From positions 69,299,193 through 69,363,192 of the forward strand of contig NC_057719.1 of assembly GCF_004010195.1 (NCBI RefSeq): a DNA stretch of 64,000 bases, given 5' to 3'. Each line of letters opens with the position of its first letter. The first letter of the stretch is position 1. A model generated the notes under the pieces. That model did no database searches. It was not told where the DNA came from and saw nothing but the letters and a program-made list of their open reading frames with translations. This DNA comes from Chiloscyllium plagiosum (taxonomy: Eukaryota). This document shows, piece by piece, positions 38,140 through 50,656 of this stretch. A program made the position numbers and the translations under genes.

Positions 38140-39810
38140 TGTCGCTCAGGTGCCAGTTGCCACCATTGTCGTTATGTTTGCAGAGCTGGCCCCCGTCTAG
38201 GTGGTATCTTCAGAGCTTTGGAGCCTCCGGTGAAGCACTGCTGTACGGTGTCTCCTGGAATTCAGTTGGTTTTGTTTCTGCTGCTTCCGGCTGCTGGTTA
38301 CGGTTGTTCGTTGTAGTGGTTGGCATATTGGGTCAAGGTCTGTGTTTTTGATGGAGTCCATGAATGAATGTCATTCCTCTAGAAACTCTCTGGCTGTCCT
38401 CTGTTTAGCTTGTTGTATGATCGTTGTATTGTCCCAGTCAAATTTGTGGTCCTTGTCTGTGTATATGGCTACAAGAGTCAGCTGCTTGTGGTGTTTGGTG
38501 GCAAGTTGGTGTTTGTGGATGCGGATTGCTAGTTGTCTGCCTGTTTGCGGTATACAGTGTTTCATGCAGTCTTTGCATGGAATCTTGTAAACTAAGTTTG
38601 TCTTGCACATGATGGTATTGAGTCTTTTGTTCTGGTGAGTTGTTGTCTGAGCCTGGCTGTCAGTTTATGGGCTGTCATGAATCCCAGTGGCTGGAGAAGT
38701 CTGACTGTTAGATCAGGAACGTTTTTTTCCCCAAGGTAGTGTGGCTAGTGTGTTAGGTCATTGCATTTTCTAGTCATGTTGTTTGTCTGCAAGACACCCA
38801 TGGATGAAGATGCGGGGAGATCCGTTCTTGGGAAAGACTTTATAGAGGTGTTGTTCTTCCCTTTGTAGGTCGGGAGTGCTACAGTGTGTTGTAACCCTTT
38901 TGAACAGATTCTAATTCAGCCTTTCTTTTGTGTGTTTGCTGTTGCAGTTCAGGATCTGGTTCACATGTGTGGCTTTTCTGTACACTTTTGTTGCATATTC
39001 ACCATTGTTCTTTGTACCATCACATCCAGGAATGGTGGCTGGTTGTTAATTTCCTTCTCTCTTGTAAATTTGATCGCTGTGAGCATGGTGTTGATAATTC
39101 AGTGTGTTCTCGATTTCTGTTCTCTTAATTATTGCAAAAAGTGTCATCCATGTATCTGATCCAGAGTTTGGGTTGGATTTATGGGAGGGCTATTTATTCC
39201 AGCCTTTGGATCACTGCTTCTGCTACGAGTCCAGAGATGGGTGAGCCCATGGGTGACCCATTGATTTCTTCATATATCTGGCTGCTAAATATGAAGTGTG
39301 TCGTCAAGCACAGGTGTAGTTGTTCGAGTACGCAGTCCTTGTTGATAGGTTCCCTGCCATGTCATCTATTCTGTTTGTCCAGGAGGTTGGCTATTGTCTT
39401 TCTGGCTAAGGCTTTGTCAAATGAGGTAAACAGCACCTTTACATCGAATAAGACCACAGCCAGCAGTCCCTAATAGCCATACACACAGGTGACAAGGACC
39501 ACAAATTCGACTGAGACAACACAACAATCATAGGACAAGCTAAACAGACGACAACCAGAGAATTTCTACAGGCATGGTACTCATCCAGAGACTCCATCAA
39601 TAAACACATTGACCTAGACCCAGGATACAAACCACTGCAATGAACACCTGTGACTGGCAAACAGAAGCAGCAGGAGCAAAACCAAATGAATTCCAGAAGA
39701 GACGGTACAGCACTTCACAGAAGGCTCCAAAGCACTGAGGATCTCACCTAGAAAGGGGATGAAACATCTGCAAACCAACTTGCCAGCTCAGCAAACATAC
39801 CCACAACTAT
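38140..39810 (-). mobile_element. PLE of a second family: RT plus GIY-YIG on -, inverted pseudo-LTR on + (39455-39810)
   Basis: INGSPMGSPISGLVAEAV, RYMDD, KTNLVYKIPCKDC..QTGRQLAIRIHKHQLA, HKFDWDNTTII..REFLE; 39460-39810 is an inverted copy of 38140-38490. Confidence 0.9.
39732..39771 (+). ncRNA. Hammerhead-like motif in PLE pseudo-LTR (degenerate)
   Basis: gca CTGAGGA t ctcacc-tagaa-aggggat GAAACATC tgc; helix I gca/tgc. Confidence 0.5.
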
Positions 39811-39811
39811 A

Positions 39812-40420
39812 GGTCAATGAAGGTAGCAGATTTAGTTAATAAATCGTGCAGCATTCCAGAATTTAATAATAGGGACACAGATGAAGGAGGCAGTGATGAA
39901 CCTGTATAGAATGGTAGTTGCAATTGGAGTAAAGTTTTCAGTTCTGGGAATCACACTCTAAAGAGTGAGCAGGCATTAGAGTACAGAAAAGACACAAAAA
40001 TGGTTCCAGAGACAAGGAACTTCAGCCACATTTGGAGATTGGAGATATTAACGCTTTTTAAAAAATATATAGAAGGTTGAGAGGAGATTTGATAATGGTA
40101 TGCAAAATCATGATTGATCTAGATTTAGAGAAAATATGCATAAAATGGTCCATTGTCACATGACTCAAGAATGAGGAGGTATAGATCAAAGATAATCAGC
40201 AATAAAAAGCTCTAGAAACTGGAGGAAAAGTATTTATATCCAATGTATAGTTGAAATCTGAAATAAATAAGCTGGGAGTGTGGTGAAGGGAGCTTTGATT
40301 GAGGCATTTAAGAATGGGAAAGTATGAATCTAAAAATGAACATGTATGGCTAAAAGAAAGTGCAGGGAAGAGCATTAGATGAATTGCTGTTCAGTAAGCA
40401 GTGCAGAGGTATCAGACTGA
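39812..40420 (+). mobile_element. Old CR1 RT C-terminus/3' end
   Basis: gcaattggagtaaagttttcagttctggg, agaaggttgagaggagatttgata..aaaatcatg. Confidence 0.6.
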
Positions 40421-41564
40421 GTGTGAATGTCAGAGGGAGAAACATAGTGACTGACTGCATATCTGTTAACCAAATTGAACAATTTCAAAATGAATCCCAA
40501 AATCAGAAGGAAACATAAATTAGAATTGGTGAATTAAATGTTGAGTCAGTCACACAAAAGGTAAACAGATTGTTTGGTCAGAGAGAAAATTAAAAAGACA
40601 GAAAACTGTTTCAATTTAAATTCTGAAATTTTTAAAACCTAACAATTAGAACCTGAAAGAATGAGATGGCAAACTTGTAATGGTTGTTATGTTCTTCTTT
40701 TATTTCAATTACCAGTTTCTGCAGCATTTTAGTTTCGAATCAAGAACGACTATGTTACGAAACAGGGGCTTTCACATCTGTTTAGTTTATATGTACAGTG
40801 CAGCTAGAATATCACATTTTTCAACTCACAAATGATGAGGCAAACAGTGGATCATGCTTTCAAAGCTAATGGTACAACATATGCAGTGCCACCAGCTCAG
40901 TATCTGCCATGTGTACTAGCTACAAGATACATTGCAGCAATTTGCTAAGGTTCCTTTGACAGCATCTTCCCAAAGCATGAGCAATAAGTGCTGGCCTTGC
41001 CAATGATGACCACATCCCATGAACAAACAGAAAAAGATACTGGTATCTAACCATGCATCTACTCCTCACAAAAAACTGCTGTACCATTTACTAATAAATA
41101 GCAGCACGTGCTATTAGCCTCACCATTAACTTGATAGGAAAATCTAGGCCATTAAAATATGATCAGTACTGATCCACCACAAGAGTGCAATTAGGATTAC
41201 TGCAAAATATATTCGCAGCAGCAAATGAACAACTGTAGGAGCCTTCATAACATGAAACATTGCACTGAAAACATGATACAGAAAATATTTTACTGCACTG
41301 AATGGAAATTTGTAAAGAAAGGTAGCAGTTAAAAAATGTTAACGTAATGGTCTCAGAGGTTTCAGTCTATGAATACAACTTGTTCACCAATGTCTGAAGT
41401 AGACAACCTCCGCCCTCTATTCAGTTGACATATGTGTCATTGCAGTTCCCCACCATCACCGAAGAAGCCTAGTGAGGAAAGATGATCCTTCACTACCACT
41501 TAGGGGTAACTGGGAAGGGTAATAAATGATGGTCTTGTGGACAACACAAACATTCCAAGAATTA

Positions 41565-41984
41565 CCATACATACTCGATCTCATGGAAAAGTCGACCCCC
41601 TATTTTTCGCCAAATAACCTGGAACTTTCCATACATCTCGTGTAAAAAACGACCCTAGTCCTTCACAGGGTAACAGATCAACGTTTATGAGGCAGTGTGC
41701 CAGCCGTCATGTCCTGCTCCAGCTTTCTGATCTGCCAGTTGTTCTGCTCCGCTCCCAGCCCACTGGCTGTTGAGACCCCCTCTGGGTTTTCACAATTACC
41801 ATAATTTGTCTTTTGTTTTCTTTATTTGTTTATCGAGATTAATTGGGCTTCTGCTAGTGATACAGTATGAATTTTGACAGGCATGATTTCAGCCCCTCAA
41901 AAGTAGTATCTATATAATAGTTGACCCCATAAATTTAACCTTAAAGTGGTAAAAAAAAATCAACTATTACTCGAGTATATATGG
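41565..41984. mobile_element. Tc1/mariner-pogo MITE (420 bp)
   Basis: TIRs CCATACATACTCGA / TCGAGTATATATGG (13/14 match) with TA on both sides; internal (aa)gtcgacccc subrepeats. Confidence 0.8.
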
Positions 41985-43675
41985 TAATTGAAAAAAAAAG
42001 TTACAGGTGGAGAAGAAATTTGAATTCAACAAAATCTAGAATTAAAAGCTTAGCCTAATGGCAACCATGTACCCACTGCTAATACCCACGTTAGGGAGGA
42101 AATCAGCTCTCCTGACCTGGTCTGATCTATGATTCCAAACTCTCAGTGGCTGACTTTTAACTATTTTTTGAAATAGCAAAACAAGCAAATCACTTTCAAG
42201 GCAATGAGGAATGGGCATTAAATACTGATCTAGCCAGTGAAACCCACATCTCCTGAGGCTTTTTTTCAAAAACAAAAGCACTACATCTTCAATAGCAAAC
42301 TGTAACAGTCCCCCGGTCAGTCTCTCACTGCATACTCTCTATTAACTTGATCTCATCTAAAACTCTGCTGCTTGTGTCCGATTGCACACTATCCCATTTG
42401 CCCATTATTGTTTTGGTTGCTGACCTTTATTAGCTCCTAGTTCAGAAATTCCCTGACTTAAAAATTCACACTATATTTAAAAATCACTTGAGCTCAGCAC
42501 TGCCCTTAACCATAAACTCTTCCAACTCTAAATTGCTCTAAATTTTGACTTCTTGCCCATTCCTCATTTTCATTGCTCCAGCATTGGTGGCTATGTTTTG
42601 GTTGCCTGAACACTGGAATTTCCTCCCTCCATTTTCCCCCTTAAAAAGGGTCTAAAAGAATATACTGGAAACATGCTTTGCCCGGAAATTATTTCAGAAT
42701 TCAAACAATTGTGTATATTCAATATGAATTTTCCATTTTGATGACAATCTTTCCCTTTGTTGGTGAATGATTTAACTCGATTGTAGAGTTATATGCCAGA
42801 TACCTCAATGCAGTAAACAGAAACAACACTGCTGTTAAAGGTTTTGCTTTTGGAACATTAAGACACTTTGCCTCGAACGAATGTGTCGATTGTCCCAAAC
42901 AAAGGCGACTTCATGTCATGCCCGTTATATTCATATTTATGTTCAAAGGAATGGGCCCACTTAATTTTGTGGCAAGATCCTGAAGGTAAATAATTTTATA
43001 AAACACATGCTATTGGACTGTTCAGTCCTGACCATCTTACTCAGTGGCAACTGATCTAATCTAACCTGTATCCTTGTATATGGTCAGTGCAGTCTGATCA
43101 CAGGTAAAATCACTGAGTCAAAAACAGCAGCAACTGATGATTGAAGAACACAGAAAATTAACAATTTTCACTGGTTGCCAACGTTTTGTTCGGCAGTACC
43201 AGCAGCACCGAAGAGTGCACTTTTCTTTGAGTGCTGACAGTTCAATACTTCTAAGGGAGTTTTGGTCCCTACCACTGGACAGAGCAACTGTTGTTCACCA
43301 AGCAGTTACTCAAACCACTCAGTTTCATAATTACAAACTTTATGATTCAGCTGGGAAAGTAGGGAGAGTGCAATGCTGTAGATTTTCTGGTGACATATTC
43401 GATTAAAAGTTTAATTCTAAGATAGGTACACATTATTGAGTCTAAGCCAGAAAATTCTGTAGTATTCCTGGGCACTGAATAATACACCAGCCAGCATGTG
43501 CAAATTGCAGTTCATAAAAATACAGAAATCTGACTGACAATTATCATAAACTTGCCAGGAAGTCAGGGACGAGCGTTTCGCATGAGATTGCAGATGAGCC
43601 TGATTTTCCAAAATGGACTGAAAAAAGTGCTTGTGTGTGCAATCTGAACAAGTAGCCCAGCATATTTTCAAGGAA

Positions 43676-43681
43676 TTTATT
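43676..43681 (-). promoter_or_regulatory. Candidate STXBP6 polyadenylation signal
   Basis: AATAAA on - strand ~1.02 kb after the stop, preceded by ATTAAA and a U/UG-rich TGTA cluster. Confidence 0.6.
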
Positions 43682-44703
43682 TCAAGTTTAATCCTTCGAT
43701 CAAAAATGTTAATTATTTTAGCTGTACAGTACAATACAACTTTATACAAAAAAGCATATTGCACAATTAAAATGTTTTAATTGGTATCGAAGGTTGGAAA
43801 CAGTAGAACAGAGCAATAACTCACACACTGAAGAGACAGGCACAGAACTTCACAGCACACATCCTGCTGCAGTCAGAATTAACAACATATACCAAATGTC
43901 AGGATTGCCTTTGGGTTTTTAAAGTATTTGTACAAGGAGTTTACCTGCAGTGTTTTACTGTTACAAAACACCAGTGGCTAAGTGTGACACTCTTATCATA
44001 ATCTACCCAAGTCTGTGACATTTTACAGGAAAAAACATTCTTCAATATGAAACATTTACCTGAATTATTTTTCCATTATGCTACTCAATAATACACTCGT
44101 GCTAATTACCACACAGGTTGAAAAAGAAATGAGTTTCCTACATTGCATTTGCAGCTTTGCAATACCCCAGTTTTCCTCATGAGCCAGAATGAGTGCCTCA
44201 GTGTATAGTTCACAGTAATTGGACAATTACTGGATGGTTTTAAAATAAGGAGTCACATAATTAAAAATAGACATAACATATTGCTCAGTCACAGTTTGAG
44301 TGACATTATAGTTTGAAAAGTCCAATTCCTATCACAAAAATCTTCAGCCACAGTACAGTTTATCAAGATTTAAATAATTTTTAAAAAAATAATCACTGAA
44401 ATTTCTATTACTACTGTGTAATACAATACTACATTAATTAAAAGTTGTCTAAATTGAAAGCCTACAGTTATCATTCAGGGCTACTAACAGCCTGATATCT
44501 AAGACACTGAAAAAAAAAGATCAAGAGATTATTTTGTTAAACATTGCTAATGAAATTTTAAAAAATATTGTAACATATTCTAATATTGGCAGCATCAAGT
44601 TTGAAGAAATAACTTTCCATTAAAGGAAATGCACATTAACAAACTTCTGTCACTCTGCGTGAAGATCACCCTGGACACAACTGTCAAATGGTTTGGCAAC
44701 TGC

Positions 44704-44727
44704 TCAACATTTGTGCTTCATTGCAAG
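44704..44727 (-). CDS. STXBP6: Syntaxin-binding protein 6 (amisyn), terminal coding exon LAMKHKC*
   Basis: rc ttttttctttctcttttgcag|CTT GCA ATG AAG CAC AAA TGT TGA; matches the amisyn C-terminus; phase 0 with upstream exon. Confidence 0.93.
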   Translation of the reverse strand, partial: LAMKHKC

Positions 44728-45164
44728 CTGCAAAAGAGAAAGAAAAAAATTGCATTATCATAACTCATTAGCAGCAATACACGGATAGTCAGGAATGATA
44801 GAATCTCAGTTGCTAATTCTCAGTCCCAAATTGTACTCATTATATTATAATTAGGCACATTTGCCGAGGAGAATATTAACATCTTTTAGAACTATAGTTC
44901 AAACTAAATATTCACTTTAAAAATAACAAATTAACTTGAATAATCGAAGTTATGAATTCTGAAGTTACTCAACTAAGGTGATAGGGATATAACTAGAGTA
45001 CATCAGGAATTAACAAGAGTAGGTTGGAAACTGAAATTCTACTGACTCAAAATCAAATATGTATTAAAGAATAATATTCTAACGAATGTTTGTGCAGCTG
45101 CTAGATTACATGGAATAAACTGGACCACATCTCTCAGGATAAGAGGTCGGATTCTGAAAGGAAG

Positions 45165-45289
45165 AGTGAATAGATGTGACAATGGAAAAACACAGCAGGT
45201 CTCCTCGGATGCTGTCTGACTTGCTGTGCTTTTCCAGCTTCATATCTATTGATTCTGGCTTCCAGCATCTGCAATCCTTACGGTCTCTA
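45165..45289. mobile_element. Short fold-back PLE derivative
   Basis: tggaaaaacacagcaggtc / gacttgctgtgcttttcca arms; 15-bp direct repeat GATTCTGAAAGGAAG at 45150-45164 and 45290-45304. Confidence 0.7.
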
Positions 45290-45829
45290 GATTCTGAAAG
45301 GAAGTTCACGGAAACGTAATTCTTCAGCTTGCTTCACTAATGGTGTCAGAGCCCACATTATTGATTTCATACCATCAGCCAGGCTAATTTACAAGTATGT
45401 TGCTCATTGCTACTTATTTCAACTAACTGTCCCTTGACCAGCTAAATTTACTGTCGACACCACCAGACAGCTGGTCACAAAATGACACTCCTTCATTTCA
45501 ATAAGAAGTTCAAAGAGGGTCTTTCATATTTTCAAAATCGAAAATTGCTCCAGGAATTTTTAATTTAAAACTACCATAGTATTTATTATTGAAAACAATA
45601 AGTATAGTTCAACAGCATTGAGGTCTGATGCACAGGCAAACATTTAGAGTTTGCACGAATCATTGATTGGTTAAGAAAACTCCATTAACATATCACTTAC
45701 CAAATTTGTGCAGAAAAACAAATATAAGTGGATAGGTGGCCTGAACTTACCATTTAATGACAATGCCCAGGGACTATAGGTGCCTTGTGGAATCTTGCAC
45801 ATAAATCAGTTTTCCATTTTGGAAGCTGG

Positions 45830-46135
45830 TAAAGACATTGGCTCCTCAGGGGACTGCAGTCAAAGCCAAGGAAAATTGTGGCCAACATTAGTACCAATGA
45901 CTTGAGCAGTCAGAGATGTGGTTCTTCGATTAGAATTTGGTGAACTGGGTAAAAGATTAGCAAACAGGACCTCAAAAATAGTCATCTCTGTTTACTCCCA
46001 GTGCCACATGCAACTGAGTACAGAAATAAGCAGAGGAAAGATGCTAAAGGAGGGAGGGCTTTAGATTTCCGAGACACTGGGACTGGCACTGGGGAAGGTG
46101 ACACCTTTACAAGTTATATGGGTTGCAATTGAACA
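45830..46135 (+). mobile_element. CR1 ORF1 esterase fragment
   Basis: VANISTNDL..EFGELGKRLANRTSKIVIS; EGFRFPRHWDWHWGR. Confidence 0.7.
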
Positions 46136-46258
46136 GAAAATTAAGAAGAAAAAAAGGGCGCTAATGTTAGGTGTCAGGGAGAAAACACAATTGAGAACTA
46201 AAAGGAAAACAGGAGGTTCAGTTGGGTGGGGATAAAGCAAATTAGAGAAGGAATTATG

Positions 46259-46758
46259 NNNNNNNNNNNNNNNNNNNNNNNNNNNNNNNNNNNNNNNNNN
46301 NNNNNNNNNNNNNNNNNNNNNNNNNNNNNNNNNNNNNNNNNNNNNNNNNNNNNNNNNNNNNNNNNNNNNNNNNNNNNNNNNNNNNNNNNNNNNNNNNNNN
46401 NNNNNNNNNNNNNNNNNNNNNNNNNNNNNNNNNNNNNNNNNNNNNNNNNNNNNNNNNNNNNNNNNNNNNNNNNNNNNNNNNNNNNNNNNNNNNNNNNNNN
46501 NNNNNNNNNNNNNNNNNNNNNNNNNNNNNNNNNNNNNNNNNNNNNNNNNNNNNNNNNNNNNNNNNNNNNNNNNNNNNNNNNNNNNNNNNNNNNNNNNNNN
46601 NNNNNNNNNNNNNNNNNNNNNNNNNNNNNNNNNNNNNNNNNNNNNNNNNNNNNNNNNNNNNNNNNNNNNNNNNNNNNNNNNNNNNNNNNNNNNNNNNNNN
46701 NNNNNNNNNNNNNNNNNNNNNNNNNNNNNNNNNNNNNNNNNNNNNNNNNNNNNNNNNN
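46259..46758. other. Assembly gap (N run)
   Basis: Run of N. Confidence 1.
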
Positions 46759-46865
46759 TTGGACTGTGACTGCAGTAGAATGGCAGGTAATGCATTCATT
46801 GCTGCAAAGTGAGGCTGTTACATATTCAAATGAAAATATAAACTATGCATAGACAAGGCATACAA

Positions 46866-47173
46866 GGCACGGTGGCACAGTGGTTAGCACTGCTGCTTCA
46901 CAGCGCCAGAGACCCGGGTTCAATTCCCACCTCAGGCGACTGTCTGTGTGAAGCTTGCACATTCTCCCATGTCTGCGTGGGTTTCCTCCGGGTGCTCTGG
47001 CGTCCTTCCACAGTCCAAAAAATGTTCAGGTTAGGTGAATTGGCCATGCTAAATTGCCCGCAGTGTCAGGCGAAGGGGTAAATGTAGGGGAATGGGTCTG
47101 GGTGGATTGCTCTTCGGAGGGTCGGTGGGGACTTGTTGGGCCGAAGGGCCTGTTTCCACACTGTAAGTAATCT
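46866..47173 (+). mobile_element. HE1 V-SINE, full length
   Basis: A box tggcacagtgg, B box gggttcaattcc, V domain gtgggtttcctccgggtgctc, tail ggcctgtttccacactgtaagtaatct. Confidence 0.92.
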
Positions 47174-48179
47174 TATAGACTAAGTGCTGGAAAACAGGAC
47201 TGGTTAGGTATTTTGTTTTGACCAGCGCAGACTCAATGGGCCTCAGGGCCAAAGACCTCTATGACTAAGTCCCTGCATAACATTCACTGAACACACACTT
47301 TAAGAGCGTTGTCTACTGGTTCCCATAAATTGATTTTCAAATCCACTCCACTTGTTGTGAACTAATGTCCCCATCTGTTCAATTCTATTGACTAGCAGTT
47401 GTGGGGTCAGAACATGCAGTTAGATTTATTCGATAAAAATATTTTTGCACATATAGAAAAGGTTACACATTGATGATCCGATTTGCAAGATGAATGTTTC
47501 AGTTTCTCAGATTAAGGAAAGTGCAACACTTTGAGTACAGTTCTCATTGCAGCTGCATTTTACACAGATTAGGCCCAATTACATCTTAGTTATCAAGGTG
47601 GACCAGATCAGTTTCTGCCACCTGTCATCTCTCTCAGGCCCAAAGACCGCATTAATGATTTGCCATCTGTAAAGACAAATTTTGAGCCTGAGTGAATTCA
47701 TCTATACAAAACAAATGATTGTAATCTTATTTAGACCATTTATGAAGTCACATATTGGTTTACTGCATGCAAATCTGAATCCTTCCACCTTGGAAAGACT
47801 AAGAAAAAGCAATTTTGAAACTTCAAGCTCTGAATTATGGGACACTTGCAATAGTAAAACAGCATTTTCTAAGAGAAAAGACAATTCTGCAGGGCCCTGG
47901 AGTACGAGAATCCTGTTAATAAAAGATAGCTACACGTCTTGAAGAGTGAAGGCAGATATAGAGGGCAGAGATTTAAAATATACAAATGCTAAAGACTTGA
48001 AAAACATCTACAATGTAGCTGTGAAAAAAACTTAAATTGAAAGCAAAGGATGTCACTTTGATTAACAAAGAATGTGGATAAGTTAGTTCAGAATTGGATT
48101 CAATATTTCAGGGAATGTATTATCAAATATCCTTTGAGACAAGCCACTGATATCATTAAAACCAAGATAGATTGATCAA

Positions 48180-48322
48180 GAAACAAAACTACGGATTGTG
48201 GAAATTCAGAACAAAAAAAATAGTTGGAGTAACTCAGCAAGTCTGGCAGCATTTGTGGAGAGTCAACATTTTGGGTCCAGTGACCCTTCTTCAGAATTCA
48301 AAACTCTGCTTTCTCTCCAGAG
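48180..48322 (-). mobile_element. PLE pseudo-LTR derivative with degenerate hammerhead
   Basis: rc CTGAAGA A GGGTC-ACTG-GACCC AAAATGTT (5-bp helix II, GAAA mutated). Confidence 0.65.
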
Positions 48323-50337
48323 TCTCCGCCTGAGGCCTCGTTAGCTTTTTCTCAAAAGACTAGTTATCTACGCCACAATGTCAAATATTACTATTCCCAT
48401 CACAGGAAACTCGTGTGGAAACAACAGTCCATTCTGCAAAAAATGCATTACTTTTCCTGTGTATTCAAATGAACATAAATAAAACCAGGGCATATAATGA
48501 ACTGATCTTCATGAGAGAATGTAAACATGAGACAGACAGACATTTGCTATAAATCTGACAGAATATGCCCCATAGGGACTGCTGTTAGTTATTATCCTGT
48601 CAGTTACTGCAGTACGGTAGACCTGATCATTCTGTTTAGTGCTCACCGCAAATTGTCAGTTTCTTCTGAAAGATGTTGAGTATGTGATTTGAGTATTTCT
48701 TTCTGCTTCTCAATGATCTTCCCTACTACCTCTACAAACCTATAGCCTCCTTCTCAATTCCTGATCTCTCTATAGCCTTTCCTATCTCCACATTTTCCTG
48801 TCCTGACTTCTTTATATAAGCCAAAAGTATAACTTTCATTTTTAAGCCAATTAACTCCTAACAAAACGTTTGCACCTCCAGATGAGACTAGAGACCCATT
48901 TAAGTGTGGAAGCAAAATTCTACAGTATTTTGCATATAGGCAACAATTAATAAATATTGCCTGGAATTTCAGAAACTTGCTTATGCTCAGGTATTTGACC
49001 TCCACACACCGTCCCCTATAGCAGCACAACAGGACAGAACCTCAGCAATTAAGTTAAAAATCACAAGTAACCAACTTGGTAACCAAATGAAACCTTTTGT
49101 ACAAGACAGGAAGACCCACACAGGGGTGACATCAAATGAAAAATGTGCTTGTGCAAAGGAGAGAGAGAGATCAGGTGTTCAATTCAACTAACTGCAGTGG
49201 TTTCTTATTTAACATAATTCTGAAGGGGAATCTTGAGGAACCCAGCTGTTTAAAAAGAAAACTGTAAATATTGCTGTTAAGATCAAATCCATTTCTTTTG
49301 ACTAATTTTTTTTTCTGTCTTACTTGGCAGAGGCTTTTGTGCGTGTTGTAGATTTCAACTATTTCTTGTCCATAATAAGCGGTTTGGTATACAAAATGTA
49401 AGCAGCATTCAATCCCATCGTCATGGAATGAAATCACGATATCAGTAATTCAAAATCAATATTTGTGTTCGGATGCTGTTAATTGAAAGATCAGCTATGA
49501 AAAATATAACAAAGTACAGTCATACCAATGGTTCACAATGCAGAATAGTGAAACTGCTTTTTGTCAGTGACTGAATTTGTGGTCCTATCCATAAGGTGAA
49601 AAACAGATTGACTGTCCAGCAGGAAGAAATGCATACTCAAAGCACAATGAATTATCCAGACCAGCTCAAGAGAAGAGTCAGCAGAAACATTGTGTGGGGC
49701 GATGGGGAGAAGGTCAAAAGAGATGAAAAATAAATGCAAAATAAGGAGAAAGTTTAGCCCTTTAAGCCCAGATTAGTTTTGCTGTGAATACACCAGAAGA
49801 GGGAATGAAGAAGCCCCAGAGAAGTGACAACTTTAAAGATACACATACAACCCTATTTACAATAACAAATACTTTTGTATGGTACAGGTCAAAGTTAGAG
49901 ACAGAAGCCTAAAGTTCTGGTCACTTATGCACGTTATTGTCTGGGCTTATTTATTCTTCCATGGTGCGAAAGCATCACTGGCAAGGCAAGAATTTATTGT
50001 CATTGCCCAGTTGCTTGAGAACTGAGTGGCTTGCTAGAGGTCAGTTTTGAGTGCAGTTATGAGGCAACCACGTGATTTGAGGATCTGATCTGGCAGACCA
50101 GATAAGGATGGCAGATTTCCCTCTCTGAAGGGCATTAGTGAATCAGATGCATTTTTTTATTAATGGTTTAGTAGTTAATATTACTAATACCAGGTTTAAT
50201 TCCTGATTTTTATCAATTGAATTTAAATTCCTCCAGCTGCCATGGTGGAACTTGATTCTACGGCCCCCAACAGCATTTGCCCGGGCCTCAGAATTAATAG
50301 TCCAGTCAGATTAGCAGCGCACCATCATCTCCTCTCA

Positions 50338-50656
50338 TTAATTAGATTAGATTACTTACAGTGTGGAAACAGGCCGTTCGGCCCAACAAGTCCACACCGC
50401 CCCGCCGAAGCGCAACCCACCCATACCCCCTACATTTACCCTTTACCTAACACTACGGGCAATTTAGCATGGCCAATTCACCTGACCTGCACATCTTTGG
50501 ACTGTGGGAGGAAACCGGAGCACCCGGAGGAAACCCATGCAGACACGGGGAGAATGGGCAAACTCCACACAGTCAGTCGCCTGAGGCGGGAATTGAACCC
50601 AGGTCTCTGGAGCTGTGAGGCAGCAGTGCTAACCACGGTGCCACCGTGCCGCCCAC
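50338..50656 (-). mobile_element. HE1 V-SINE, full length, young
   Basis: rc gggcggcacggtggcaccgtggttagcactgctgcctcacagc..; (aatct)n tail; CpGs retained. Confidence 0.93.

Noticed and set aside
46866..46945. tRNA-like sequences here and at 8500-8579, 50580-50656 and 54783
   Set aside because: tRNA-derived heads of HE1 SINEs followed by V-domain and LINE-like tail; not tRNA genes
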